DNA of 64,000 bases. Source: a virus. Each line of letters starts with the position of its first letter. Position 1 is the first letter of the stretch. The position numbers and the translations under genes are program-made. Positions 19,785 through 29,943 of the stretch are shown one piece after another. The stretch spans positions 1-64,000 of IMG/VR virus record IMGVR_UViG_3300017971_000275; one strand, written 5' to 3'. A model generated the notes under the pieces. The model was not told the origin of the DNA. It saw only the letters and a program-made list of their open reading frames with translations, and searched no databases.

Positions 19785-20523
19785 CTTTACCTACCCGTTT
19801 CCGCACCTTGAGGTACGCTTTCACGTTTGATTTCTTAAGGTAATTCTTCGCCAACGCAGACCTATCAAAGTAAGCATGCAGGACTTTCTTAGCTACGAGC
19901 TCAAAGGCTTCTGGTTCCAGTCGGCCTTGAGAAAAAAGTAGTCGTATATAAATCGCCGCGATAATCATCACGTCGATTTCCAGGCGCTCCTTTATCAACT
20001 TGATGTCGCCGGCCTCGAAAGCTTTGGGAACGTCAACCCATACACGCTTAGCGAAGCCTATGATACGGGCGTAGTCAGACAGCGTAGCATTCTGAGGAAC
20101 AGCACCGTACCCGGATAAGAAGTCTGCCAGGTCGATGTGATTGTGGGAGTAGCGGGCGGTGAACGCCCGCTCGTCTTTGAGATAATCAGACGCGTCTACT
20201 CCATGCCGCAGGGCGGCGTAGACCATTACAGGAAGGGCAAAAGGACGCCCCATGTAGGAGACCACGAAGCCGGAACCACCAGGCATCTTCTGGAAGAATT
20301 GTTCTACCAGCGTACCTTCATCTTTTTCGATATCGGTGATGCCCTTGGTCATCACTTGAACGATCGGGTCGAGAGAGTCTTTCTCGCGTGTGATACGCAG
20401 CAGACTAACCGCAACCGGACGGTGGTACAGTGGATGTGGAAACTCATCTTCATCGCGGTTGGGAGGATCAGGGACGTGGGTAGCGATGTGAAAAATGGTA
20501 TGGTTGAAAGGAACCAATGACAT
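19759..20523 (-). CDS. PolB-type 3'-5' exonuclease homolog (DNA_pol_B_exo2-like), catalytic residues altered
   Basis: FHIATHVPD, VSYMGRPFALPV, RYSHNHIDLAD and LEIDV align to FDIETVPD, SFNGRGFDLPV, RY...H.DL.D and YCETDV. Confidence 0.7.
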   Translation of the reverse strand: MSLVPFNHTIFHIATHVPDPPNRDEDEFPHPLYHRPVAVSLLRITREKDSLDPIVQVMTKGITDIEKDEGTLVEQFFQKMPGGSGFVVSYMGRPFALPVMVYAALRHGVDASDYLKDERAFTARYSHNHIDLADFLSGYGAVPQNATLSDYARIIGFAKRVWVDVPKAFEAGDIKLIKERLEIDVMIIAAIYIRLLFSQGRLEPEAFELVAKKVLHAYFDRSALAKNYLKKSNVKAYLKVRKRVGKDADKKKSK

Positions 20524-20651
20524 GAGGGTATCCCCCTTATGTGCACCGAAAGGGACGAAGGTAAACTACACCTCCTCTCCCGCAGTCATGGCGCACACCT
20601 GCGTAATCTTGGTACTGCTCGTTGCAGAAGCTGCAATGGTGTGTGTAAATT

Positions 20652-21995
20652 CTATCGGTGGACACTGCTTATACCTCGCAAAATCCGCGCCCGCTGGCCA
20701 GCGTCCCACAGGGAAGCTGGGCTGCTTGCAAGGTCTACTTTAAGCTGTGCTTTAGAAATTTTCAAGTACTTGCAGGCCAAGCGACCAAGCTGGGCGTTGT
20801 TACACATGCCAGTATTATATCCGTGAGCCTCGCACCAGGCGTCAAACATCGTGTCTACTTCCGAGGAGAACACGAGCTCGGCGAACTCCCGGGACCTACG
20901 CGGCAGGCCGTGTAGGATCTGCCGCATACGTTTGATGTCTTCGCCAATCTCCAGGCGATTCGCTGCCGGTAGATACTCGTGGAAGTTGGTCTCGCTGTCT
21001 CCGGAATCCATGGAGACAGCGCTGGGCTTGAAGTCTACCACTCCTTGTGGGGAGGGGTCGAGGTAGGAATCGCGCTTGCTGCGCTCCCCGCGTAAGCGTT
21101 TCTGGAGAGCTTCCTGAGCCTCCAGTTTAGTAGCGTACAGACGCTTATGGTGAACCGCGATCCATTCGTCATCCTCTACTTGCTGCACTATAATGCAAAC
21201 GTTTTTCCCGACCCTGCGGCGCAGGCTGGGCTCTGGGAAAGTGCGCATTCTACAAATTGTGTTGGATGAGATATCGAGGTACCACGCGAGGCGGTAGGGA
21301 TCGCGCTCCGTGACTTTCATCACAGGCTGGCGCTTGTCGCGGCCGTACATCTCCGCTAAATTTGTGGCTTTGTTCTGCACACCACGAATCACCCGGTTCA
21401 GCATGTGTTCGTAGGTAATGGGCTGGATCTCATACTCGCGTATGACCTTGACTGCGTTGATCCTCAACGGGCTGAGTAGATCTTCTGCGCTCTCCACCAT
21501 CGGATCATTAGCGAGTACAAACAACAAACGTCTATGCACCAAACTGCGCAGTAGGTACTCGATTTGTTTGAGGATCCGTAATACGTCGTCTTCCTCGTAC
21601 TCACGAGGAGATAGCGTATATTTGGCAATGCGGCGCAGGTCTGTAGCGGTTAATGCTTGGTACAAAAACGCGACGTCTTCATAATCAACACGAAACCCAC
21701 GGGCTGTTGAAATCACAAAGCTTCTTGTGATTCTGCGCTTCGTGATTAGCCTATGAATTGACCGAAGAAGTTTGTTTTTTACCGTCGAGTAATCGAGATT
21801 ATCTTTGAGACTGATAACCTCCGCGTAAGCTGTTGGGTAATTCTGCAGCTGGAGTTTCACACCCTTCCGAAACTCCCTAGACCCGATGAGGCGACAGACA
21901 TATCTTGCGGTTAACTTGGCGATATTATTGAGTTTTGTGTCTGCCTCACCGCGCTCCAGTGCCGACGTCAAACGAACCTTCACGCTGTCCCGCAT
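20652..21995 (-). CDS. putative divergent sigma-70-family factor
   Basis: Region-2-like AEDLL...NAVKVIREY...RGVQNKATNL; region-3-like VSMDS; region-4-like LHGLPRRSREFAELVF...YLKISKAQLK; AGGAGG RBS. Confidence 0.5.
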   Translation of the reverse strand: MRDSVKVRLTSALERGEADTKLNNIAKLTARYVCRLIGSREFRKGVKLQLQNYPTAYAEVISLKDNLDYSTVKNKLLRSIHRLITKRRITRSFVISTARGFRVDYEDVAFLYQALTATDLRRIAKYTLSPREYEEDDVLRILKQIEYLLRSLVHRRLLFVLANDPMVESAEDLLSPLRINAVKVIREYEIQPITYEHMLNRVIRGVQNKATNLAEMYGRDKRQPVMKVTERDPYRLAWYLDISSNTICRMRTFPEPSLRRRVGKNVCIIVQQVEDDEWIAVHHKRLYATKLEAQEALQKRLRGERSKRDSYLDPSPQGVVDFKPSAVSMDSGDSETNFHEYLPAANRLEIGEDIKRMRQILHGLPRRSREFAELVFSSEVDTMFDAWCEAHGYNTGMCNNAQLGRLACKYLKISKAQLKVDLASSPASLWDAGQRARILRGISSVHR

Positions 21996-22024
21996 GTACT
22001 GAAAACCCTCCTGGATAAGAAGCC

Positions 22025-22052
22025 AGTATACCAGGCATCTAATGCGTGTCAA
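22025..22052 (-). promoter_or_regulatory. sigma70-like promoter with extended -10
   Basis: TTGACA-N16-TATACT with TGG directly before the -10. Confidence 0.65.
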
Positions 22053-22190
22053 GAAAAATGCTGTCGGAAGGTTATGGGAGTATCACGAAGGATATCGATG
22101 AGTTAGAAAACAGGTGAGATGGTAGGTAGGAAGAAAAATTTGTGGGGACGTAGTGAACGGATCTGCAGTGTCAAACTTGACGTTGTATTG

Positions 22191-23699
22191 CTACTTAGGA
22201 AAGACCTCTTCGTCTCCTACCGGCTTTTCCTTTGGAGGCTCTTCCGCACTTGGAGCTTCTTCCTGCTCCTTTTTTGCACGCTCCTTCTTTTGCTCCTTGA
22301 GAACTTTGCGAACAAGCGCCTGCTCTTCGCTTAGTTCTTCGCGTTCTTTACTAAGACCTTCATCAACACTATTTTGGGCTGCTTCGGTCAAATCAAGAAC
22401 AACAGTAAGAAGCTCCCGGACCTTGTCCACATCCTCACGCACAGTCCAGGTATAATTGCAGATCTGCGTAGAAGCTTCTTCGAATGTGGGCGTGCCGCCG
22501 GCTCTTTTGGAGAAAATATACACGATGGGATAGGGAGAGTCTATGCGAGCTATTATCTTACCAGTCTCGCTATCGGTACCAACATGCACCTTCCCTTTGT
22601 AACCCTCGTGTTTGGTGAACGTTAGCACCGCGTCCACGACGGCCTGCTTGTTGGCAGCTGGAGTATTTTTCTTTTCGGCGGAAGGATTAAAGGCTTCTTG
22701 TACGAGTTTTTGATAACCACTATCACCAAGCTTATCCACAAGGTCATGGATGGTATCCTGCTGCTGTTTGGTAAGCACGCGTTGGTTTGTCAGCGCATCT
22801 ACCAGCTGCAGAAAGAGGGAGGAATCTTTCCACCCTTTCCACTCTCCTCCTTTTTCCTTGTGGACGCGCTCTTTAAGGAAGCGCATGTACTCGCCTTCGT
22901 TAAGACGATTAATAAATGCCTTCAGCCACTCTAGCTTGTCTTCTTCAGTAGCCTCTTCTTTCGGAACAGAGGCTAGCTCCCCAGGTCGAGCCTCAGTGTC
23001 GTTTTGAAGGAATGCTATCGATGCAAGGAGTTCTTCCGCATCGTCAGCGGGAGCCACAAACGGCCGGTTACAGAAGTAGAAAATAATTTCTTTGAGCTCT
23101 TGGGTTCCCTTGATTGCCTCGTTTATGTGGTATACCATTCTGCCGTACAGACGTTCAAAGAATCCACCCTCAAACTCCACCGTCTTTTCTACTTCTTCTC
23201 CTTCAGGTAACGGTAGGTTGATCTCGAAATCAAATTGAAGCTCTGTTCTAGGAAGCCCAGAGAAATTTCCGGTATCCAATGGAGCAAGCAGATCAAGTCC
23301 ATCATACTCCATCGCAACCGGCCGTATCTCACCTGAGATTTGTATACCAACTGCCTGCAGGTAAGTCTGGATCTCCTTGGTTAAACTATCCATCAAGGGC
23401 TTCAAGTACTCTGCTATCTGCTCTTCACGAAGAGGTTCAATGGGGGCTTTTCTGCTTTCAAATCCTGCACCTGGATCTGCCTTCTCTTTTGTGGGCGCTT
23501 CTTCTCTTCCTAGTTCCTTAGCAATTTCTTCTGCAGCCTCCGGGTCTATCTCCACAGGAGGCAAGTCGAGCTTGGGTTCTTGGGGTTTGAGGGGATCCTG
23601 CGCAATCACGTAGGTAGTATCACCAACACGAATCCTAATAGGAACCGCATCATACACATCCCCCAGGTAGCGCAGGGTTTTGATTGTACGCGAGCTCAT
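22191..23699 (-). CDS. acidic hypothetical virion protein, two hairpin-tag motifs
   Basis: LRYLGDVYDAV, PIRIRVGDTTYVIA; late gene cluster. Confidence 0.75.
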   Translation of the reverse strand: MSSRTIKTLRYLGDVYDAVPIRIRVGDTTYVIAQDPLKPQEPKLDLPPVEIDPEAAEEIAKELGREEAPTKEKADPGAGFESRKAPIEPLREEQIAEYLKPLMDSLTKEIQTYLQAVGIQISGEIRPVAMEYDGLDLLAPLDTGNFSGLPRTELQFDFEINLPLPEGEEVEKTVEFEGGFFERLYGRMVYHINEAIKGTQELKEIIFYFCNRPFVAPADDAEELLASIAFLQNDTEARPGELASVPKEEATEEDKLEWLKAFINRLNEGEYMRFLKERVHKEKGGEWKGWKDSSLFLQLVDALTNQRVLTKQQQDTIHDLVDKLGDSGYQKLVQEAFNPSAEKKNTPAANKQAVVDAVLTFTKHEGYKGKVHVGTDSETGKIIARIDSPYPIVYIFSKRAGGTPTFEEASTQICNYTWTVREDVDKVRELLTVVLDLTEAAQNSVDEGLSKEREELSEEQALVRKVLKEQKKERAKKEQEEAPSAEEPPKEKPVGDEEVFPK

Positions 23700-23701
23700 G
23701 G

Positions 23702-25048
23702 CTAGTAATGCGTGCGGATGTTTTTCCAGGTATACTTGTCGTTCTGATGGTTGATGTAGATCTTCATCATCGACGGCTGGAACATGCCAATCTGCACCAT
23801 GTAATTGAACAGGTGTAGCATCTGCTCGTTGTCGAGCTCTTTGCGACCCTGGAAAATATCGGCGTAGTCTAGGATATCGAAGTCCAATGTAGATCCGTGA
23901 CCAGGCAGCTTCTGCTCACGCTGTTGTTGGTACCCAGTCCAGAATTCCATCGCGAGCGCTTCCATCTTTTCATCTTCCAGCGGGGGAACGTCTAGGGGCT
24001 GCTCAGCAGGATCGTACGCTTGCTGTCCACGTTTACGTGGTTTGGTCTCATCAGGTGGATTCACCGTGTCTGGCGTGGGATAGTTAACGTGGTTCACTGG
24101 CGGCCACGATCTATAATCTGGGCGCCGTTCGAAGCCACCGGCTTCCCGGGTCTTGTAGTAACGTATCGGCGTCTGCCGTACTGTCGGACGCCACACTGTA
24201 TCTGTGATCGAAGAGGGGTAGTTGGGATTCTTCGGCAAATACGAATCTGGGAGCACACGGATCGGATGGAGCTCGGGGCTGTCCAGTCTTACTGGATCGT
24301 AAACAGTTGGCGTAAAGCCTGTGGCTTCCCCACCATCGTGGCCCATGAATTTTGCGTCCTCGGGGATAGTGAGCCGGCGCATCAGATCCTTATCTGGAGA
24401 GTAAAGAACTAGGAACACTCGACCGTCCGCATCTTCTTGCCCCTCCAACTGAAGCGATTGCAGAACTACAGCGGCGCCATCGTTTAGGTCCGATCCCTCA
24501 AGCCCAGTTACCACAGTACCGGGGGATAGGTTGGAAGCTTCATCGATGACTGGTTCCGCTAAATGCAGCGCCAGGTCGACGTAGTCGGAGTATAGACGCC
24601 GCTGGCGTCGGTAACGAAGAGCAACAGAGGCTACGCGGTGTGCATTGCTGCTCAGCTTCTCGAAGCGAGACCGAACTTCCTCGGTTTCCTTCTTGTTCAG
24701 ATCGACCAGCATATGCGTGTCCTCCGGAATTTCATCAGTGATAGGGGGCCACAGTCGGCCAAACTCCTTACGGAGAATGGCCTCATGCTTCGAGTCTTCC
24801 AGGCCCAGCTTGCACATACAGACAACCACTTCGTCTGGCTCGCCGGGATCAGGATCGTCAAGTTTGACGGTGATTGCTGGTGGCTCAAGTTCTATCTTGT
24901 CACCATACCGACTAGCTTGGACAGCGATGTCCGCAATAATGCCAGGACCCAGGGGGGTTTCCACCCTCTGGCCAATGCGCAGTACATCAAACGTTTCCTC
25001 TCCGGAGACGTCTACTGCGTGGTCCGCCTGTTTCTGATCGGTAGGCAT
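23702..25048 (-). CDS. hypothetical protein, N-terminal SH3/KOW-like barrel
   Basis: IGQRVETPLGPGII. Confidence 0.7.
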   Translation of the reverse strand: MPTDQKQADHAVDVSGEETFDVLRIGQRVETPLGPGIIADIAVQASRYGDKIELEPPAITVKLDDPDPGEPDEVVVCMCKLGLEDSKHEAILRKEFGRLWPPITDEIPEDTHMLVDLNKKETEEVRSRFEKLSSNAHRVASVALRYRRQRRLYSDYVDLALHLAEPVIDEASNLSPGTVVTGLEGSDLNDGAAVVLQSLQLEGQEDADGRVFLVLYSPDKDLMRRLTIPEDAKFMGHDGGEATGFTPTVYDPVRLDSPELHPIRVLPDSYLPKNPNYPSSITDTVWRPTVRQTPIRYYKTREAGGFERRPDYRSWPPVNHVNYPTPDTVNPPDETKPRKRGQQAYDPAEQPLDVPPLEDEKMEALAMEFWTGYQQQREQKLPGHGSTLDFDILDYADIFQGRKELDNEQMLHLFNYMVQIGMFQPSMMKIYINHQNDKYTWKNIRTHY

Positions 25049-25059
25049 GGCAGAATGCT

Positions 25060-25392
25060 CTACTTGCGCTTTTTCTTCTGATGCTTCTTGGTGTACCGAG
25101 TGTACGTCGGTTGGACCTGTTCCATGAACTTCTGCATCACCTGGCAGTGGTTCTTCAAACGGCTTATCACTTTCTGTGTGCCGTTTTTGTTGTCCAGGTC
25201 GGTAAGCATTTGCTCGGCGATCTCCTGCACGTGCCCAGCATGTGCCTTGAGATTATCGGCGATGTTTACCAATGCAGCACGATCTGCTGCTCGGGCGATG
25301 TTCTCTTTGACATCGTCCACAGAAATCTCTTTGGATGCCAATCGGTATACACGGCCCTTAACTTTGATAACTTTAGGAGGCTGCTTCGACAT
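25060..25392 (-). CDS. hypothetical protein, hairpin-tag motif
   Basis: PPKVIKVKGRVYRLA; AGGAG RBS. Confidence 0.7.
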   Translation of the reverse strand: MSKQPPKVIKVKGRVYRLASKEISVDDVKENIARAADRAALVNIADNLKAHAGHVQEIAEQMLTDLDNKNGTQKVISRLKNHCQVMQKFMEQVQPTYTRYTKKHQKKKRK

Positions 25393-25401
25393 CGGTCACT
25401 C

Positions 25402-25638
25402 CTATACCTTTTCCAGGTACCCTTTCGCAGCGTCGAGCATTTTCAATAGCTCTTCCTTCTTGGCTTCAGCGTCTTCATCGCGTTTCTTTTTCCGAAGCGC
25501 ACGTAGCACAGGTACACCTTGAGCTAGCTCTTTGAGCATTGCTGCGGCCATGCCGCTGGCATCTGTCATTAGGAGCTTGCCTGGAGAATACGCGACGACG
25601 TAGATTCTCCCTTTATATCGGATGCGTTTTGGTACCAT
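25402..25638 (-). CDS. hypothetical protein, hairpin-tag motif
   Basis: PKRIRYKGRIYVVA; AGGAG RBS. Confidence 0.7.
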   Translation of the reverse strand: MVPKRIRYKGRIYVVAYSPGKLLMTDASGMAAAMLKELAQGVPVLRALRKKKRDEDAEAKKEELLKMLDAAKGYLEKV

Positions 25639-25642
25639 CTAT

Positions 25643-25981
25643 CTACTCCTGCAAGAGAAGAGCGCTGATCTCAGTCGCCGCAGCGCCCAAGTATTTATCT
25701 GGGCCTACCCGAAGAAGGTGTCTACCTTCCTCAGAAATAGCTCTGTAGGCTTTGCGCGAAGCGGCCAATACTTGAGGAACGATGGCGCGCAGCAACCTGG
25801 AGTACGTAAGTTGCACGCCAGAGAGCGCCTGGAATTCCTCTTTGCGCAACTGCAAAGCTATAGCGCTCATGATAGCTTTACTCATGAGCACAGGAACATC
25901 AGGATCTGATGCTACCCGCTTCTTCGCATCCTGCAAAAGAACGGTGAGTGGGGTAGCCGCTATCCTAGCGCGCAGCGGCAT
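25643..25981 (-). CDS. hypothetical protein
   Basis: ORF in operon. Confidence 0.6.
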   Translation of the reverse strand: MPLRARIAATPLTVLLQDAKKRVASDPDVPVLMSKAIMSAIALQLRKEEFQALSGVQLTYSRLLRAIVPQVLAASRKAYRAISEEGRHLLRVGPDKYLGAAATEISALLLQE

Positions 25982-25985
25982 ACGG

Positions 25986-26519
25986 TCACTCTGCCTCGTC
26001 TTCGGGAAGCTCCTCTTCGAGCGGCGCCTCGTCCTCGTTGGGCATGTCTTCGAGGATCTTGATCACGTCCTCGATGCCGTTGAGAGCCGCCTCGAAGTCC
26101 TCGTCCACTTCGAGATCTTCAGGAAGTTTGTCGAGGATGGTCTGCCAGTATTCCTTGAGAGCGTCGACGAGCTCGACTTCGTCTTGCTCTTCTTCGAGAT
26201 GCTCCTCATCCTCCATCTCGGGCTCGTCCGGAAGCTCGTCTTCATCAGCACGGATGTATAAATGTCCGGCGTAGCGGACCATCTCTGGAGTAGTTTCTTG
26301 GGAGCTCATTGATGTTGCCTTCTTGTTTTGTTTATCTAGAGCGCCGTGTTTGCGCCATTGTATTGCGCGTTCCTGCTTCTCAGCAGATTCCTTATTGGGA
26401 TGCCTACCGAGGAGCTCTTTGCCATCGTGTGTATATAAACACACTTCCTGCTCGGACTTTGGCCGCTTAGGATCGTAATCCTCTTTGCGACAATCTTTTA
26501 TGACCGCAGTGCGCCGCAT
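25986..26519 (-). CDS. hypothetical protein, hairpin-tag motif, acidic C-terminus
   Basis: PEMVRYAGHLYIRA; CLYTHDGKELLGRHPNKESAEKQERAI module. Confidence 0.7.
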   Translation of the reverse strand: MRRTAVIKDCRKEDYDPKRPKSEQEVCLYTHDGKELLGRHPNKESAEKQERAIQWRKHGALDKQNKKATSMSSQETTPEMVRYAGHLYIRADEDELPDEPEMEDEEHLEEEQDEVELVDALKEYWQTILDKLPEDLEVDEDFEAALNGIEDVIKILEDMPNEDEAPLEEELPEDEAE

Positions 26520-26522
26520 GTG

Positions 26523-27569
26523 TTAGCCATCCCACTCCGTCTCGCGACCGCCTAGATGACGCTGCAGAAAAGATCGTAGGTCTTCTGCAGCTGTACGTTC
26601 TGCGTCTGAAGCAGAGCTTTCATCGATGAACCACGTAAGCACATCTACAGCAGCTTCCAGCTCTTCCCAAGAGGCCATCGTCTGCTGACCGCGTACCGTG
26701 CGACTCACCAGCGCGTAGAGTGGATCTCCCTGCCCACGATGCAAATCTGCTAGAAGCTGGTGGTCCGACCTTCCAAACTTAACCGGAATGTCATACACAG
26801 GCTTCTCTTCGTACGGATCTGGTTGGCGCTCTTCCGGCCATGGGTAATCGATGGCTGCCTTTTTCTTCTTGCCTTTGGACTTCTTTTTCTTCTTGCGTGG
26901 AGCTTTGCGCCAGTCTGGGCCCTCGATGCGATCGGCTAGTGAAGCGCAGAATGCACCAGGATCGTCGATCTCCTTGGCGCTCTTAAGCTCCTTGACGCAC
27001 TTGGTGACTTTATGTTTGGGCATAGATTCCTTACCATCATCGGTAAGGAGGGTTTTCCAAAACGCCTCTGCGGATTTTTTCGTCCAGCCCTTAGGTAGTT
27101 TTCCCCAGGGCTTGTCTTTCTTACCCTTCTTCTTGGCCGCGTGGACAACAACACCTTGATCCTCTTCAACCAAGCGGTACACGACACCCGCCACCCTGAT
27201 GGCTTTCGGTGGTTTGCGGTCGATGTGCTTATACACATGACCTCTTACACGGATGAATTCAGGTGCATCGGACATTGGATCCATCTCCCGCATTGGTTCC
27301 TCACGAGCATCCCCATGCTCCACGAGCTCCAACCTCTCGTAGTAGTCTGGGCGCTCCATGAGATGAGCCCACGCGATCTTTCCGGTTAACTGAGGATCAT
27401 CGTTGGTAACGTTCGCTTCCGGAAAACGCTTACCGTGCTCCAGCTCGACGTCCATTCCTTTACGCAGCTGCTCCACGGTAAACAGAACATCGTTCCAATC
27501 GATACCAATATCGGTGGCGGTTCTAGCAGCTTCCTCTAGAGTGAAGCCTTTTTTAGCTGCGGTGCGCAT
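26523..27569 (-). CDS. DUF5661-like N-terminal domain protein, two hairpin-tag motifs
   Basis: QLRKGMDVELEHG...KIAWAHLMERPDYYERL; PEFIRVRGHVY, PKAIRVAGVVYRL. Confidence 0.75.
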   Translation of the reverse strand: MRTAAKKGFTLEEAARTATDIGIDWNDVLFTVEQLRKGMDVELEHGKRFPEANVTNDDPQLTGKIAWAHLMERPDYYERLELVEHGDAREEPMREMDPMSDAPEFIRVRGHVYKHIDRKPPKAIRVAGVVYRLVEEDQGVVVHAAKKKGKKDKPWGKLPKGWTKKSAEAFWKTLLTDDGKESMPKHKVTKCVKELKSAKEIDDPGAFCASLADRIEGPDWRKAPRKKKKKSKGKKKKAAIDYPWPEERQPDPYEEKPVYDIPVKFGRSDHQLLADLHRGQGDPLYALVSRTVRGQQTMASWEELEAAVDVLTWFIDESSASDAERTAAEDLRSFLQRHLGGRETEWDG

Positions 27570-27578
27570 AGGTGGTTC

Positions 27579-27995
27579 CTACACAGCGTCGGTAGAGTCT
27601 TCGAGGACAACAGTTTTGCCGTCCAGCACGTCTTGGAGAATTGCCCCAGCATCGTTGAAATTCTCGTGAAGATACTTCCGCGCTTCCTCTAGGGGAAGAC
27701 GGTCCAGCCTTTTATCGATGTTCACGTTCCATTGATACCTGAAGGTACCACGCATACGTGAAGTGATTTCGCCTGCAACCGCCTCGCGGTTCAGCCCCAT
27801 AACTTCAAGCAGAAGCGCTTCAGGTCCCTCTTCTTCCACCACATCACCGTAATCAGGGCTATGGTGAGAATGGGTTTCGCTCACGTACACACGACCGGCC
27901 CACACATCCTGTGGAGCTCCTTCAGCGGTTACAGGCTCGCGGCGTTCGTAGCGTTGCCCGTTGACACGAATATATCTGGGAGGAATACTGGACAT
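27579..27995 (-). CDS. hypothetical protein, hairpin-tag motif
   Basis: Start MSSIPPRYIRVNGQRYER after AAGGA. Confidence 0.7.
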   Translation of the reverse strand: MSSIPPRYIRVNGQRYERREPVTAEGAPQDVWAGRVYVSETHSHHSPDYGDVVEEEGPEALLLEVMGLNREAVAGEITSRMRGTFRYQWNVNIDKRLDRLPLEEARKYLHENFNDAGAILQDVLDGKTVVLEDSTDAV

Positions 27996-28005
27996 CGTTG
28001 ATTCC

Positions 28006-29538
28006 TTACGCGCGCTTTTGTACTTTGCCAAGAGCTGGCCTGCGGCTTCTTTTCTTGGGACGCTTACCGCGAGCTGGGGTACCACTTGGTGGCTTTGCTG
28101 AGGGCTTGTCGATCTTTGGACGCTGCTTGGGATCGTACTGAGCGATCTCGTTCTTGACTTTTTTCAGCATCCCCTTGAACTCTTTGAATTGACGTTCAGT
28201 AAGGATCCCACGCCCTGTAACCTGGTTGGTTAAAGATCTACCAACCTCCAACGCGTTTTCTAACGCCCCTACCAATTCCGGTGTTCCGACGATCAGCGTG
28301 GCCAACGCTCGGTATACCTTGGCCGCTGTTTGTGGATCTTGAAGGTTAGCGTACACCTCTTCCATGGAAGGATTGAGGTATTGATCTTTTAGTTTTATGG
28401 TGAGATCTCGCGAAATGTTATTGATGTACCCCACCATATTATTGAGTGTATCGAGGGTAGCAGATAGTGTTGGAGCGTTGTGGTACGCGTCGTGGAGCGC
28501 GTTTACTGTTACGGCACCGTCCGGAATATCGTTGATGAGCTTTTCATAAGCTTCTGGATCGCTATCACGCAGCCCCTCAAACCACTTTCCGAGCTCCCTG
28601 GTAACTTTTTTCTGCTCTGGTACGTCTTCGGTACGCGGGAGATCATGGCTCGGTCCTGGACGAGAAAGCGGGCCCATCTCTGATTCTTGGTGAATGTCCT
28701 TGCGTGGCATTCTGAGCTCACGCGGGAGATCGTCTGCCACGATCTCGTACGTTGCCCCCTTGTAATTGAACGTGAGCATCTTTGGGCGCGGCGGCGCTTC
28801 GTACGAAGGCATTTCGCGTTTCGGTCGACGCCTGGATTTTGCTGGGTAGTCGCGCTCGTACCTCGAAAGTAGATCAGAGGCATGCGCAGCATCAGCATCA
28901 GAAGGATCGCTGTAGTCCAGGTAATTGCTCAACGCTTCCTTAAGCGCGGCTATCTCCTCATCCGACACCCAAATCTCGCTGCGGCTCTCCAGCTTCTTAC
29001 CGCGGGCTTGATTCAGCATTTCACGGAGGAGGCCGTACTTTGCATCAGGTAGCTTAGAGAGGAGGGAGTAGTCCTCCTTGGACAACCGAAAAGCAATGTC
29101 CTGCTCGTCGGAAAATCCCATCTCACGTTCTTGCTGCGAAAGCGGAACTTCTTCCTCGCCGAAATTGATTTCTTCGATGTCTTCTTGCCGCACTTCTTTG
29201 ACAAGCTGCTCTTGGGTTTTACGGGGCTTCTTTGCTTCAAGCTCCGTCATACGACGCTGTACTTCCTCGTAGGCTTGCTGCTCTTCGTCGGAACGCATGC
29301 GCTGTTTGGTGGGATCATAACGTTTGCTGCGATGAGGAGTAACGTGCTCGATATCTCCGAGCATTTCTTCCAAAGCTTTTTCACGCAACAGTTTTACAAG
29401 ATGGCTTGGGTCACGCTCAGCCACGATCTCGTAGACAGCTCCCTTAAAGGAAATGCGTTTGGGGGCAGCAGGAGCAGCCACAAGCTGATACAAAACTCCC
29501 TTGTGCCGCACAAAGGTTGCTTTCTTTTTAGAAGCCAT
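28006..29538 (-). CDS. hypothetical protein, three hairpin-tag motifs
   Basis: FVRHKGVLYQLV, RISFKGAVYEIV, FNYKGATYEIV. Confidence 0.75.
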   Translation of the reverse strand: MASKKKATFVRHKGVLYQLVAAPAAPKRISFKGAVYEIVAERDPSHLVKLLREKALEEMLGDIEHVTPHRSKRYDPTKQRMRSDEEQQAYEEVQRRMTELEAKKPRKTQEQLVKEVRQEDIEEINFGEEEVPLSQQEREMGFSDEQDIAFRLSKEDYSLLSKLPDAKYGLLREMLNQARGKKLESRSEIWVSDEEIAALKEALSNYLDYSDPSDADAAHASDLLSRYERDYPAKSRRRPKREMPSYEAPPRPKMLTFNYKGATYEIVADDLPRELRMPRKDIHQESEMGPLSRPGPSHDLPRTEDVPEQKKVTRELGKWFEGLRDSDPEAYEKLINDIPDGAVTVNALHDAYHNAPTLSATLDTLNNMVGYINNISRDLTIKLKDQYLNPSMEEVYANLQDPQTAAKVYRALATLIVGTPELVGALENALEVGRSLTNQVTGRGILTERQFKEFKGMLKKVKNEIAQYDPKQRPKIDKPSAKPPSGTPARGKRPKKRSRRPALGKVQKRA

Positions 29539-29575
29539 GATCAATCCACCACTTGTAGCAAAGAAAGAGAATTAT

Positions 29576-29815
29576 CTAGGAAACAGCGTCAAGCAGATTT
29601 TTTGCGGCTTCCGCGAGCTCTGCCTTAGCTTGCGCCACCTCTTCTGCTTCGCTGGCACTGTCGAATTTGTTTTTCGCTGCGGACAGTAGAGAAAGCGCGC
29701 TAGACACACCTGGGTCCTTCATGGCCGTTTTGGTATCGGCTGCGTTATCTTTCCGTCTGTACAGGACTCCGCCGACGCGGATAAAGGGAGGATGCTTTAC
29801 AGTTTTCTTAGCCAT
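29576..29815 (-). CDS. hypothetical protein, hairpin-tag motif
   Basis: PPFIRVGGVLYRR. Confidence 0.65.
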   Translation of the reverse strand: MAKKTVKHPPFIRVGGVLYRRKDNAADTKTAMKDPGVSSALSLLSAAKNKFDSASEAEEVAQAKAELAEAAKNLLDAVS

Positions 29816-29894
29816 TTTCCTGAGCTCCACGTTTTGGATGGTCGGATCAACTACCTATTAGAACAACAGGTAGTTGGTCGAACAACCCAAAGGC

Positions 29895-29926
29895 AAGAAA
29901 AACCCGGGGGGCCGAAACCCCCCGGG
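29895..29926 (-). terminator. intrinsic terminator after the major capsid gene
   Basis: CCCGGGGGG-TTTCGG-CCCCCCGGG followed by TTTTTCTT. Confidence 0.9.
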
Positions 29927-29943
29927 AGGTGTCTCATGCTACA

